Made by a program: the position numbers and the translations under genes. A model generated the notes under the pieces. The model had not been told where the DNA came from. It worked only from the letters and a program-made list of their open reading frames with translations, and did no database searches. A DNA stretch of 64,000 bases from Eledone cirrhosa (Eukaryota), in NCBI GenBank assembly GCA_964016885.1, contig OZ024740.1:151094001-151158000 (forward strand), read 5' to 3'. How positions within the stretch are numbered: the stretch's first letter is position 1; every line of letters starts with the position of its first letter. Positions 19,307 to 31,778 of the stretch are shown here, one piece after another.

Positions 19307-19311
<5 letters not shown>

Positions 19312-19985
19312 TATGAAGAGAGAAGAAACATTTAGATATAATTAGTAATAAAATGTATCATACCTAAACTGCTCCTAGATTCCTCGACTACGTAGTTTCG
19401 TGGCATAAACAAAAACAGTATATCATAAAGATATAGAGCCTTTGCGAGGTCTGCCGACTTATCAAGAGGATACCTCGTTTTACTAGCTTCAAGAACGCGT
19501 CTACATGACGTGAGAAAGAATCCCAAAAGGCGGAGGGGGAGATAGTCACGCGATATAACGGTCGAGAAACAGAGCTAAGCCTCTTATAACCCCGAAGAAA
19601 ATACCACGGAGGCGGAGGGGGTATTTATATCGAAGCCGTAGAAGAGGTGGTGAAGGAGGCGAGAAGTATGAGTAATGGCAGCTTTCCAGCAGTCACCACA
19701 CTTCAAAGATTACTCGACCAGAGGGAGTTATGAACAATATATTTAGAAACACACAGATAGATGCGGACACACACATATACATGAATGCATCCACATCAAA
19801 CCGTGAGTTAATGGTGCCAACCTTACCGATGTTGCTCAATGAATGACTGGGACAGACCAATCCGGTTGAATTAGACTGAACCAGTATCAGAGTTAAAAAT
19901 ACATTATGAAGAGAGAAGAAACATTTAGATATAATTAGTAATAAAATGTATCATACCTAAACTGCTCCTAGATTCCTCGACTACG
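19307..19985 (-). mobile_element. Retrozyme-like non-coding element: 593-bp unit plus identical 86-bp terminal direct repeat
   Basis: 19307-19392 equals 19900-19985; complete HHR at 19381-19470; 3' end on (TA)n. Confidence 0.8.
19381..19470 (-). ncRNA. Type I hammerhead ribozyme with U3:A8 covaried core and extended stem II, family G
   Basis: Minus strand: tcctc TTGATAA gtcggca...tgccac GAAA ctacgtag TC gagga. Confidence 0.75.
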
Positions 19986-20109
19986 AATATTTATATCTGT
20001 ATATTTAACCGTTGGTTAATCAATGATAAACGTTGATTGCCAAATAAATTTACTATGGAGATATAAAAGATACAGAAGCGAAAACCAACCAAACAGGGAG
20101 TGTGTTCTG

Positions 20110-20975
20110 TGTAAAAGTCAGTTCTATTGAATGAAAGGAGTACCCTGTATACCTAATGTATTCAGTATTAAGAAACCCTATTTAATTTTATGGATTAGGA
20201 CAACGCGATTGGTGAGTTAATATCTGTATACAACGACTACAACGGTACTCGATGGGGCCCACCCACAGCCCCGGCGGAGAGAATGGAGAAGGCGTTTCCC
20301 CGGAGGACGGCAAGGGAGTCGCGCTGGAAAAGCCACCCCAGCTCGCGGGGCTCGCACCTGCGGCTGGCCAGCTCAGCGCCTATGGTGGTGAGTAAGGAGG
20401 CAGCCCTGGGGCCGAGGACACCAGAAGTCTCCATTGCCAGGGGTACGACCGCACACCTGTCGGAGAGCGACCGGTATTTGAGGAGTTTGGTCACCTCAGC
20501 CCGACGTGCATCAGAACCTGGGTCAGTCGCAGACTGCACCAGGTTGCGGCTTCAGAAAGTGTCGGTGCAAGTGGCATCCCAGACGAGGAGTTTGCCACCG
20601 CGGAACGGGAAGATGGTCATGACATCTGGCCTTTTTCCGTCTCCTCGATCGAGCCCCACCGGCTCTAGCTGGGAAGGGAAGCCTGCAGCGACCAAGCCAT
20701 GCTTAATGACCTCGTTGAGGGCGGCATGGCGTGGTATGCGGCCGGCACTGTGGTGAGAGGAAAGCGGGTGGAGGCAGAAAGAGTCCACGGTGGAACCGCA
20801 GCGACATTGGTGTGGCTGGCAGATCCGGAGGTCGAGCCTCAGGGAAACACCGATTCACAGGCTATGGTTGTCTAGCTGCGTGCCAGTGGGAAGGAGGGCA
20901 GGGCATGGAGCCAGGCACCACTGTGGGGTTTGGTGGCCGCACGAAAACAAGCAAGGCGGTGCTGGTCGAGCTGGT
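20110..20975 (-). mobile_element. CRE-like RLE non-LTR retrotransposon 3' fragment
   Basis: [10 protein letters not shown]...[15 protein letters not shown]...[11 protein letters not shown]...KLLKY...PLAMETSG; paralogous to 38118-39345. Confidence 0.82.
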
Positions 20976-21115
20976 AATATTATTTCTGGCAATATTATTA
21001 CAATAATATGACCCTCCCAAGAATAACAATATTTGTTTCGACACACGATTTCATATAAAAAACCTTGCAAAATAAATGTATATATATATTTAATGTATAA
21101 TAAACAGTACAGTAT

Positions 21116-21193
21116 AATTACCTCATTACAAGAGGTTTCCCGAATAAGACGAATACAATAAATGTCCGCATTCGTTCGTCAGACAAGGCAATT
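21116..21193 (-). ncRNA. Type I hammerhead ribozyme, family A'
   Basis: Inverted copy of 26233-26310; one stem III change. Confidence 0.7.
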
Positions 21194-22783
21194 CAAAACA
21201 GTGAAATATTTGAAAAATCACCTCAAGAAAGGCAAAAGTTTAACGGGCAAAAAAAAAAATTAAATTAATAATACAAGAGATGTATAAAAAATAAAAATAA
21301 AGAAATATAGTAAGGGGATGTGTATAAATGTGTGTATATGCACTTACAAATGTACATGTGCGTGTATGTACAAACGCATGTGTATAGTGAAAAAATGTGT
21401 GCGTAAGTACATACATGGGGGCAAACATATTAGTGTATGTCTGACCACAAATACGTATATAGTATATATATGTTGAAAAAGGAATTGTAAGATAATGGAG
21501 TTAGCGTACATACAGACTCAGGGACTAAGGGTTGAAACATATACACATACAAGGATGAAAGGACGTACGCGTATAAACATACACACACGAGCAACCACAT
21601 ATATGTATGTGATATATACATGGAAGGGAGTGTATAAAGTCAAATCAGTTTCAGACTGAAGGTCGATACAAATATAAAAAATATAAAATATGATAAATTA
21701 ATGAAATAATATATAAGATAAGAATAACAAAATTAAGGCAAAGAGAAAGTAAGTGGCAGGGGTTATAATATATAAAGTAACACTAGAAAAAAAATATATA
21801 AATAAAAAGTAGAGAACATGCATATATGCGAACAAGCTCATACACACATATATATATATATATATAAATATATATATACGTACAGACAAAAACACATGCA
21901 CAAAAGCATACATACACATACACGCATACATACATACATAAACACGCATACATACACACGATACACATATATATACATACATGCACATCTAATCACACGC
22001 ACGCACGCGACCATATATATATATAAGTATAGTAAACTAATAAATTTAAAGACTAAAATCCAAAGAGGGCTCGATAAGGATAAATATATATCAAATATAT
22101 AAGAACCGTAGAGCAAATATTTATTAAAATAACAGATTAAAGTTTAAGCAAAGAATCGCTGCTTTCACCCTTAACGGGATCTTCTGAGTTTCAAATATGT
22201 GTGCATATACGTGTATACGTATTTGTAGATGTATACGAACGCATTCGTATGTGTGCATGTGAGTTTCAGAAGATCCCGTTAAGCAGTGATTCTTAGTGAA
22301 AGCAGCGATTCTTTGCTTAAACTTTAATCTGTTATTTTAATAAATATATATATATATAAATATATATACAGGTAAAAAACACGTATACGTAAACGCACAC
22401 ATACACACGCACACTTACGAATGCGTTCGTATACATATACAAACACGTATATACGTATATGCACACATACGCATACATACATATATAAAAACCAGCCGTA
22501 TGAATAAATGGGTACAAAATATACGCAAATAAACATACATAAAAGCGGCTGTGGGACAATGGAAAATATCTGGAGTTAAAACCACAAGTGACATGTGTTA
22601 TCAGTTAGTGAAAGAAAAGGGTGAAGTTAAATATGTAAAATTGTTAAGATATAAAGTAAGTGAATCACTAGTTCACTAGCGGATGTGCGTTTACGTATAG
22701 GTGTTATTTTACATGTATATATATACTTATATATATTATTCAAAATATAAATAAATGGAGACATTCACGTACTCAAAATATAT

Positions 22784-22847
22784 GTTTTATTATATATATT
22801 TCGGAGGTACTGTGCTGTTTTTTCAGTACGTCCTCGTCAGATAAAAT
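22784..22847 (-). ncRNA. Minimal type I hammerhead ribozyme, family B'
   Basis: Minus strand: ttttat CTGACGA ggacgtactg...cagtacctcc GAAA tatata TA ataaaa. Confidence 0.78.
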
Positions 22848-23384
22848 ACATAAATTGATGTATGACATACCTCAACTCTGCTGATGGTTCAATTCCAGTC
22901 TTGGCAGTGATTTATTACAACAAAACTCAATATTTATATACCACAAGTAATAACATGACAAATTAAATATGATGGAGAGGGATATGTAGCGAGATATAAG
23001 TATTAGGAGGGGGTGAGTAGGAGAAAGTATAGAATAAACAAATAAATAAACACATAAGTACATAAATATTAAATATTTAAATATGTAAATAAAATTTAAA
23101 TATGTAAAAAAAGACAAAAGAGAGAAAAAGTGCTAAATAGAAGAGAAAAGGGAAAAAGATAAGAAGATGAAGATAAAAAGAAGGGAGAAGGAGATAGAGA
23201 TGTTAGAATATATAACTGCATAAGGAAAAGAGATAAAAAAGAAAGAAAGAAAGGGACATGGTGCGTGGCCGTTTTTTTCTTCAAATATTAAGTCGGGTAA
23301 AAGCGATCAATTAAATACCGTGACATTTTTAATCTATTGTATTTGGTTATATTTGAGCAAATTATACTATTATATTATATTAAA

Positions 23385-23517
23385 ACGCCCCTTTACAGTC
23401 TGAGTTCAAATCCCGCCGAGGTAAACTTTGCCTTTCATCCTTACAGGGTCGATAAAATAAAGTACCAGTAATGTACTGTGTAATTGCTGGCCTTGTGCCT
23501 AAAGTAGAAACAATTAT
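23385..23517 (+). mobile_element. SINE, 5'-truncated
   Basis: gagttcaaatcc B box + gcctttcatccttac..ggtcgataaaataaagtaccag core. Confidence 0.8.
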
Positions 23518-23625
23518 ATTATATTAAAATTAAACATATAAAATATTTTCAATGGTAATCAGGAGCATAGTTAAATTAATAAATATATTCAATATTTTGT
23601 TACAAAATTCAAAGTCAGAAACATT

Positions 23626-23805
23626 ATTGGCAGTATCGGTAGAGGGTCGGATATGCTTTCCAGCATAGTTACGTCCCTTTACGATCTGAGTTCAATTCCC
23701 GCCGAGGTTAACTTTGCCTTTCATCCTTACGGGGTCGATAAAATAAAGTACCAGTAATGTACTGTGATAATTGCTGTCCTTGTGCCAAAAATTAGAAACA
23801 ATTAT
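23626..23805 (+). mobile_element. tRNA-derived SINE
   Basis: A box-like tggcagtatcgg, B box gagttcaattcc, shared core, ATT tail. Confidence 0.85.
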
Positions 23806-24762
23806 TAAGTAACAATGATGTTTACAATGATGTTTACAATTATTAAGTAACAATGATGTTTACAAATATAGTAAATAAGTATGAGAGTATTTATAACTTA
23901 ATTGCATATCAGCATCTGTATATGTATTTTATAGAATGTTTAGAATTATAAATATTATAAACAATACTATTTAAATCAATAGTTGTCAATTACATATAGC
24001 ATTAATTATTAGTTATATTTACTCTTGAAAGTATTATTATTTCGATTCAACCAAATCTTACTGTATTCAATACTATAGATCAAGTTAAATACAGATTATA
24101 AATCAATTTGGATAAAACGAAAATTATACACGATAGATGTAAACAACATATCTAAACGTTTAAATTAACTAAAAGGTTTGCAAGCCTGAAGGTATTCAGA
24201 TCTCAAATTTAGAAAATTCAAGTCATAAAACGAGGAATCTAAAACCAAACTAAAGGTATTTAGTCAATCAAGAGATTAACTTTCTATATAAAAGAACCGA
24301 TATACATTTCCTAAGGTGAGGTAAAACATTTTACATAATACTAATAATAACAAGAATTATTAATAAAAGTCAATATCTTTTCTCACTCAGTCAATGTTTT
24401 TTCCTAAATTTATATGATGCTTGAAATGTTTTTGCAGATTTATGGAGGCAATTTGAAAATAACACACTTTTTTTTATTAATTATATTATCATAATTAGCA
24501 ATTATTAATAGAGTCTCTAAATTGCAAAGATTGCAGTTAGGTGAAATGGAATCGTTCCGATAGGATTCAGAGATTCTAAGTTTAACCCAAGAAATTGAGT
24601 ATTTCATATTTTTCTCTTTTAAAGACCATATTAATTGTGATAATGAAGTAGAACATTTTTTATCTGGATTAGAAAAAGAATGTTTCTGATTGGAAAAGCG
24701 AAGATTAAAGTTCGATGAGGTTGCACTTATGTAGTTATAAGTAATATTATTATTTGTTTTAA

Positions 24763-24957
24763 GGGCGGTGGATTGGCAGTATCGGTGGAGGGTCGGACGC
24801 CATGCTTTCCAGCATAGTTACGTCCCTTTACGATCTGAGTTCAAATCCCGCCGAGGTTGACTTTGCCTTTCATCCTTACGGGGTCAATAAAATAAAGTAC
24901 CAGTAATGCACTGGGTATTTGCTGGCCTTGTGCCTAAAGTAGAAACAATTATTATTC
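24763..24957 (+). mobile_element. tRNA-derived SINE, full length
   Basis: ggcggtggattggcagtatcgg...gagttcaaatccc...tgtgcctaaagtagaaacaattattatt. Confidence 0.88.
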
Positions 24958-26232
24958 GTTTTAATGGTACATTTATATACTAACTTCTTATCAAGATTTC
25001 TTCTACAGTTACAGTTCAATTTCATGCTATTTCTATAATCTAAACTGTTCATATTATCATTGTTAATATTTGTAGGTGTTCTACAATATGTGTTTAAATT
25101 ATTGTTATTGTTATTCTCAATAACTACTGTATTATTATTATTATTATTATTATTATTGTTATTATCGCTAATTATATGTTGGTTTGAATTAAGAATTCTG
25201 CTATTAATTTTTGTAATATTTTGAGCCATATTCATGGTTGTTGAGTACGAAAGTTTAACTGTGTGTCTATTGAAGATAGAGTAATACTTATGTGATCTAG
25301 GGAAACATTTATCCAAGGCTTTGAAAAATAATTGTGCTAAAGGCGTTTTAATAGCTAAAGATGGTGGTGGAGCATACCAAATAATAGATCTAGTTCTAAT
25401 CTTTTTCACCGATTTATTCTTCAAATTGTTATTATATATATATATATATATATAGTCACGTGCGTGTGTGTGATTAGATGTGCATGTATGTATATATATG
25501 TGTATCGTGTGTATGTATTCGTGTTTATGTATGCTTTTGTGCATGTGTTTTTGTCTGTAGGTATATATATATATATATATTTATATATACATATGTGTGT
25601 ATGAACTTGTTCGCATATATGCCTGTTTTCTACTTTTTATTTATTTATTTTTTCAAGTGTTACTTTATATATCATAATCCCTCCAACTTACTTTCTCTTT
25701 GGCTTAATTTTTTATTTTTATCTTATATATTATTTCATTAATTTATCATATTTTATATTTTTAAATTGTATCGACCTTCAGTCTGACACTGCTTTGACTT
25801 TATACACTCCCTTCCCTGTATGTATCACACACATGTATGTGGTTGCGCGCGTGTGTATGTTTATACGCGTGCGTCCTTTCATCCTTGTGTATGTATATAT
25901 TTCAACCCTAAGTCTGTATGTACGCTAACTCAATTATCTTACAATTCCGTTTTCAACACATATATATATATATACGTATTTGTGGTCAGACATACACTAA
26001 TATGTTTGTCCCCATGTATGTACTTACGCACACTTTTTCACTATACACATGCATTTGTACATACACGCATATGTACATTTGTAGGTGAATATACACTCAT
26101 TTACACACATCCCCTTACTATATTTCTTTATTTTTATTTTTTATACATCTCTTGTATTATTAATTTTATTTTTTTTTGCCCGTTAAACTTTTGCCTTTCT
26201 TGAGGAGATTTTTCAAATATTTCACTGTTTTG

Positions 26233-26310
26233 AATTGCCTTGTCTGACGAACGAATGCGGACGTTTCATGTATTCGTCTTATTCGGGAAACCTCTGGTAA
26301 TGAGGTAATT
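26233..26310 (+). ncRNA. Type I hammerhead ribozyme, family A'
   Basis: aattgccttgt CTGACGA acgaatgcggacg...cgtcttattcgg GAAA cctctgg TA atgaggtaatt. Confidence 0.8.
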
Positions 26311-26414
26311 ATACTGTATTGTTTATTATACATTAAATATTTAGCTCTGTAACTTACATAGAGCACTCTTCACTTTTTCAATTTTCAACGCAAAATTCAA
26401 TACATATATATATA

Positions 26415-26489
<75 letters not shown>

Positions 26490-26805
26490 GAAACAAGATG
26501 GCGTAGGACAGAACAAAGGAGAGGCACAAAAACAAAGAAAAGTATCCCCAGTCACTGAAGAGGTCACAGAATGTGTGACGAAAGAACTTTGACAATATAT
26601 AAACAACCATCTGGTTGTGGAACAAACCAACCAACCGGAAATTTATAAATTCCTAAATTTATAAATTTATTATAATAAATTGAAGTGACACAACTGGTGC
26701 GTGTGTTTCTTATTCGCAACATGACCCTCCCAAAGTATAACAATATCGGTTTCAACACACGTTTTCAGATAAAGAATCTTGCTAAACAAATTCAGAAACG
26801 AAATA
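26490..26805 (+). mobile_element. HHR-bearing short element, family C
   Basis: Homologous to 32700-32950, 53220-53428 and 57038-57630; flanked by (TA)n. Confidence 0.8.
26551..26593 (+). ncRNA. Minimal hammerhead ribozyme, family C
   Basis: gtca CTGAAGA ggtcaca-gaatg-tgtgac GAAA gaac TT tgac. Confidence 0.72.
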
Positions 26806-26890
26806 TATATATATATATATATAGTGGTAGAACACTGCAAGGTAATATCCGTAGCAGTAGAGCGGTCAGTCCATAGGACGAGTTAGGTAG

Positions 26891-27089
26891 AAGTGGTTAC
26901 ACAACAGTTAGTTCACCATACCGAGAACAATTGGTTCACCTTGGCGGATCCTCAGCTCGTAATGGATATGGTTATACGGAACAGGACGGACCTTCCTGTT
27001 CCGCATAACCATGTCCATTAGGAGCTGAGGATCTGCTAAGGTGAAACAATTGTTCTCGGTATGGTGAACTAACTGTTATGTAACCACTT
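26891..27089. repeat. ~95-bp-arm fold-back with 7-nt spacer; an HHR motif in each arm
   Basis: aagtggttac...acggaacagga cggacct tcctgttccg...gtaaccactt. Confidence 0.85.
27022..27057 (+). ncRNA. Minimal hammerhead motif, family H
   Basis: gag CTGAGGA tctgctaaggt GAAA caattg TT ctc; the left-arm copy has GAAC instead of GAAA. Confidence 0.65.
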
Positions 27090-27092
27090 ATA

Positions 27093-27149
<57 letters not shown>

Positions 27150-27150
<1 letters not shown>

Positions 27151-27365
27151 TTGTCATAGGCGCACTGGGGACTATCTCCAAAGGTTTCCAGGGATGGTTG
27201 AAGAAAATCGGCCCTTCACGCTTTTTGGAACGCTTCAAAAGGCATGCTTGCTTGGAATAGCAAGAACCCTCCGATACGTCCTGAATATCTGAGGCTGCAG
27301 GTAGTGGCTTGATATTCAATCCAACGGACTTTCCAGTTAACCAACATCAATGACTGAGATTCAAG

Positions 27366-27367
<2 letters not shown>
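27150..27367 (+). mobile_element. R4/Dong-like RLE LINE 3' tip in (TAA)n
   Basis: IVIGALGTISKGFQGWLKKIG; near-identical to 28445-28665. Confidence 0.8.
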
Positions 27368-27396
<29 letters not shown>

Positions 27397-28232
27397 CAGT
27401 GGTTGGCATCCTCTGGACTGAAATCGGAGACTGAAGGACTGATTATATTAGCACAAGATCAGTGTCTGCCAACAAAAAATTACCAACCCAACATAATAAA
27501 AAATGGATGCAGCCCATTATGCCGTGTATGCAAAAAAACAACCAGAGACCATTGACCATATAATTTCAATGTGCAGTCCTATAGCTCCAACCGAATACCT
27601 AAACAGGCATGACAGAGCTGCATAATACATACATTGGATAATGTGTAAGCATTTTGACCTGCCCCATCAAAAGAATTGGTGGGAGCATCAACCACCTCCC
27701 ATACTTGAAAAAGATCACATCTCAATCTTGTGGAACTTTAGCATCCAAACAGACCAAAACATAGATGCAAATAGACCTGATATAATATTGAAGGACTTTA
27801 AAAAGAGGGTATGCCTGCTAATTGATATGTCCGTTCCAATAGACAAGAATGTATCTATAAAAACATTTGAAAAATTGAGCAAGTATAAGCACCTGGAGAT
27901 AGAAATTGGAAAAATGTGGAAATTGAGAACTAAAACAATACCAGTGGTTGTAGGCGCTCTGGGAATGATACCTAAGGGGTCTAATGATTACTTATCGCAA
28001 ATCCCAGGAAACCCGCGTATAGGAGAAATACAAAAGATAGTACTAATGGGAACAGCCCATATACTAAGGAAGATTCTGTCAATATAAGTACATCACAAGT
28101 CTAAACACTAAAGATGCATGTGTGAGTATGTATGTTCTTTCTTGAACATGGCGGACCTTGTTGTCTCTTGAGGTCACTGGTTGTGACTTGGTGATAACTC
28201 GTATGAACATAAAGCAAGATAAATGCAACTGT
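27397..28232 (+). mobile_element. R4/Dong-like RLE LINE 3' fragment (Zn knuckle + restriction-like endonuclease)
   Basis: GLKSETEGLIILAQDQ, CRVC..ETIDHI..C, RHD, ANRPDII, LIDMSVP, EKLSKY, PVVVGALG; (TAA)n on both sides. Confidence 0.87.
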
Positions 28233-28258
28233 AATAATAATAATAATAATAATAATAA

Positions 28259-28665
28259 TTGGAACACAATAGACCTGACCTGGTGGTTGTGGACAAAGAA
28301 AAAAGATCGTACCTGATTGTGGATGTGGCCTGCCCATTCGACACGAGAGTGCAAGAGAAGGAGAGGGAGAAAATTAACCGATACCAGGACTTAAATTGGG
28401 AGGTAAAAAGGATTTGGAACTGCCATGAAGTCAAAGTGATCCGGATTGTCATAGGCGCACTAGGGACTATCTCAAAAAGTTTCCAGGGATGGTTAAATAA
28501 AATTGGCCCCTTCACGCTTTTTGGAACGCTTCAAAAGGCATGCTTGCTGTAAACAGCAAGAACCCTCCGATACGTGCTGAATATCTGAGGCTGCAGGTAG
28601 TGGCTTGATATTCATTTCAACAAACTTTCCAGTTAACTAACATCAATGACTGAGACTCAAAGAGT
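28259..28665 (+). mobile_element. R4/Dong-like RLE LINE 3' fragment, second family
   Basis: EHNRPDLVVVDKE...IVDVACPFD...EKINRYQDL...IVIGALG; (TAA)n flanks. Confidence 0.85.
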
Positions 28666-28999
28666 AATAACAATAATAATAATAATAATAATAATAATAA
28701 ACGTGAAGACTAAAATCCGAAAGGGCTCGATAAGGATAATATATATATAAAATATGTATAACCATAGATCAAATATTTATTAAAATAACAGATTAAAGTG
28801 TAAGCAAAGAATCGCTGCTTTCACCCTTAACGGGATCTTCTGAAACAAAAAAACAATCAATCTGTGGACGCAAAAGTAAATATTTCGTAAAAACATTGTA
28901 ACTGAAGGAAAACGGGAAGACGATATTTTGGTTTGAGGAGACGTTCCCTGGCAATGAACTTAAATTTTAATCTGTTATTTCGATAAATATATATATATA

Positions 29000-29050
<51 letters not shown>

Positions 29051-29180
29051 GCAATACATTGAGTTCCGATGCATAACTGATTCTTCGTTTTCCATTTTAT
29101 ATATATATATATATTTATTTGCATATACTATAAGGATAAGGAACAAGGATTCAGTAGTTGCATCATAACATATTTAATAA

Positions 29181-29270
29181 CATATTACATATGTTTCACT
29201 ATCGATCAGCTCGAGGCAAGACCTATAATAGATCGAACCCGACTCTGTAATCGGATGGTCGTCAGATATG
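29181..29270 (-). ncRNA. Type I hammerhead ribozyme with ~60-nt stem II, family E
   Basis: Minus strand: catat CTGACGA [61 nt] GAAA catatg TA atatg. Confidence 0.75.
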
Positions 29271-29328
29271 CGTAGTATATGAATTCGTCTCTCTCTCTCC
29301 TCTCTCCCCCCCTCTCACTCTCTCTCGG

Positions 29329-29453
<125 letters not shown>

Positions 29454-31090
29454 GTATTTATATATATATAAATGTATATATATATTTTGAATTTGAATTT
29501 GAATTTTTGATTTTAATTTTTAATTTTCGATTTGTGATGTTTAAATTGCAACTTTGATGTTGGACTTGATGCTGGTCTTAAGGTTAATGTTACAGTTAAT
29601 TCTAACTTTGCTTGCCGTTGCTATATACATGCCTACAACACAAGCTACTGCTATATTCCATGTATACATCCATTCTATGTACATTTCATATATATTGTTA
29701 TGAAACACATATTCTACACATTCCCGATATATTCCATTTATACATCCATTCTATGTACATTTCATATATACTATTATGAAAAGGATATTCTACATTTACA
29801 ATATATATAACTTGTTTGTGTATGCACACACGGTCCCCTGTGTCCACCAGTCATGAAACCTGTCTAATGTGCATGGTTGATGTGCAGGCACTTACCCAGA
29901 CTCTTGGATCGTCAGTCCTTCTGTATCTTATATAACCCTATGCATCACAGTCCTCAAGTATTTTATGCAACTTTATGCTCATCCCAATAATGTCATGAAC
30001 AGACACTCCTCTGCGTCTTTGTCATGTATACATTCCTTTTTCCAGTATTTTATTTTATCTTATTTTATTTTATTTTATTTTATTTTATTTTATTTTATTT
30101 TATTTTATTTTATTTTATTTTATTTTATGTGCGTACACGCATTCATATATGTGCCCCCACATGTTATCTCTGATTAGTGCATGGCTACTGCGTAGCTATT
30201 GCATTTATGCATATTGTGCTTGCACTTTCAGGCTTATATCGCCACATAAATGGGTCGGGTCCAAGCCTCAAGAATGTTCTCTCATATAATATTTTATGCG
30301 CCATGTGTTCAGTTGCGTGTGTGTGTGGATATGAAGGTATTCATCAAGCATGTGCCTTTTTTTAGATGTATAAGCATGCCCATGCGCTGGTACATGTATG
30401 TATGTATGTGCATGCACATATACATACATGCATGTGTATGCATGTCTGGGGAGATGTATTTGTATGAACATGTATGTGTAAGTGTATGCATATGTATGTG
30501 TAGATCTTCCATTTTTCCATCTGTATATATATGCAGCGTCTTAACTATATATGCTTTCCTGAGTACAGTGTGTGTGTGTAGATATGTGTTATTTATCAAA
30601 AATACCCTTTTTTGAAAGGCTATTTCAAGCATTCTTTTAAAAACGTTCTTGTTATAGTTTTTTTTTTAAATGTGTGTTTTTTAAGGTATTCTGAGGGTGT
30701 GTTTTTCTGAAACGTTCTTTTAAATGTTTTTCTATTTTACTGTGGTTGTCGCATATAATACATTTGCGGGTGTAAATGTGATCGCTGTGGGTGTATAATT
30801 GCCCATATGTATCACGCCTGCAAGAGTGCGGGCGCCTACAGTTGAGAAGGCTGCGACAGGGCGCGAGCGGTTCAATCATAAAATCCCTTACCTCCTACAG
30901 TAGTAATTCCGATTTAAGAAACAACTTTGATGAACAGGTGGCAAATGAAAGGAACTTAATATACCACGGCGATGAGTAGCCACAAATACCGATGACGTGT
31001 ACAATCCTTGACCACTCAGCGAAAGACAACAACAGGATCCAAGTTGCCGGGTGTAACTGGACATTTGGAAACTCTGCTTCATAGAATCGA

Positions 31091-31185
31091 GACATACCTG
31101 AGGACCTTGCGATTTCAAAGTCAGGTTCGATCATTACATCGATCGTGCCTCGAGCTGGTCGGCAGAGAAACGATTGTAATATGTC
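31091..31185 (+). ncRNA. Type I hammerhead ribozyme with long stem II, family E
   Basis: gacatac CTGAGGA [62 nt] GAAA cgattg TA atatgtc. Confidence 0.7.
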
Positions 31186-31282
31186 CAATAAATTTTATTC
31201 GTCGCAACACTGATTCTCTGTTTATGTGACATATATATATACGTATATGTGATATATATGTTTATGTGATATATATATATAC

Positions 31283-31441
<159 letters not shown>

Positions 31442-31472
31442 CGTATATATATATATATATATATATACATTA

Positions 31473-31603
<131 letters not shown>

Positions 31604-31605
31604 TG

Positions 31606-31638
<33 letters not shown>

Positions 31639-31677
31639 CTTATATAATGTACCGATTGTGTTGTTATTTCTGTTTAC

Positions 31678-31778
<101 letters not shown>

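Larger units (their letters stand above)
18960..21075 (+). mobile_element. HHR-bearing non-autonomous element (family C') split by two nested insertions
   Basis: Pieces 18960-19250, 19990-20110 and 20975-21075 are colinear with 33540-33925 and with 32998-33160 (minus); short 5' inversion 18963-19003 vs 19100-19140. Confidence 0.7.
21088..26403 (-). mobile_element. Internally deleted Naiad-type PLE with inverted pseudo-LTR (arms ~21088-22025 and ~25435-26340)
   Basis: ~0.9-kb inverted arms with family-A-related HHRs; linker remnant 24950-25430 IIWYAPP...FPRSH..IFNRHTVKLSYS...CNCR; 22560-22670 and 26343-26403 are homologous to the first element. Confidence 0.75.

Noticed and set aside
24000-24700. 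Possible host exons (AAG|GTGAGG donor at ~24316, TTTTGCAG acceptor at ~24438)
   Set aside because: Flanking frames contain stops, and the region lies inside a PLE inverted-repeat nest
24763-24860. tRNA gene
   Set aside because: A/B boxes belong to the SINE head; no cloverleaf; followed by SINE core and tail
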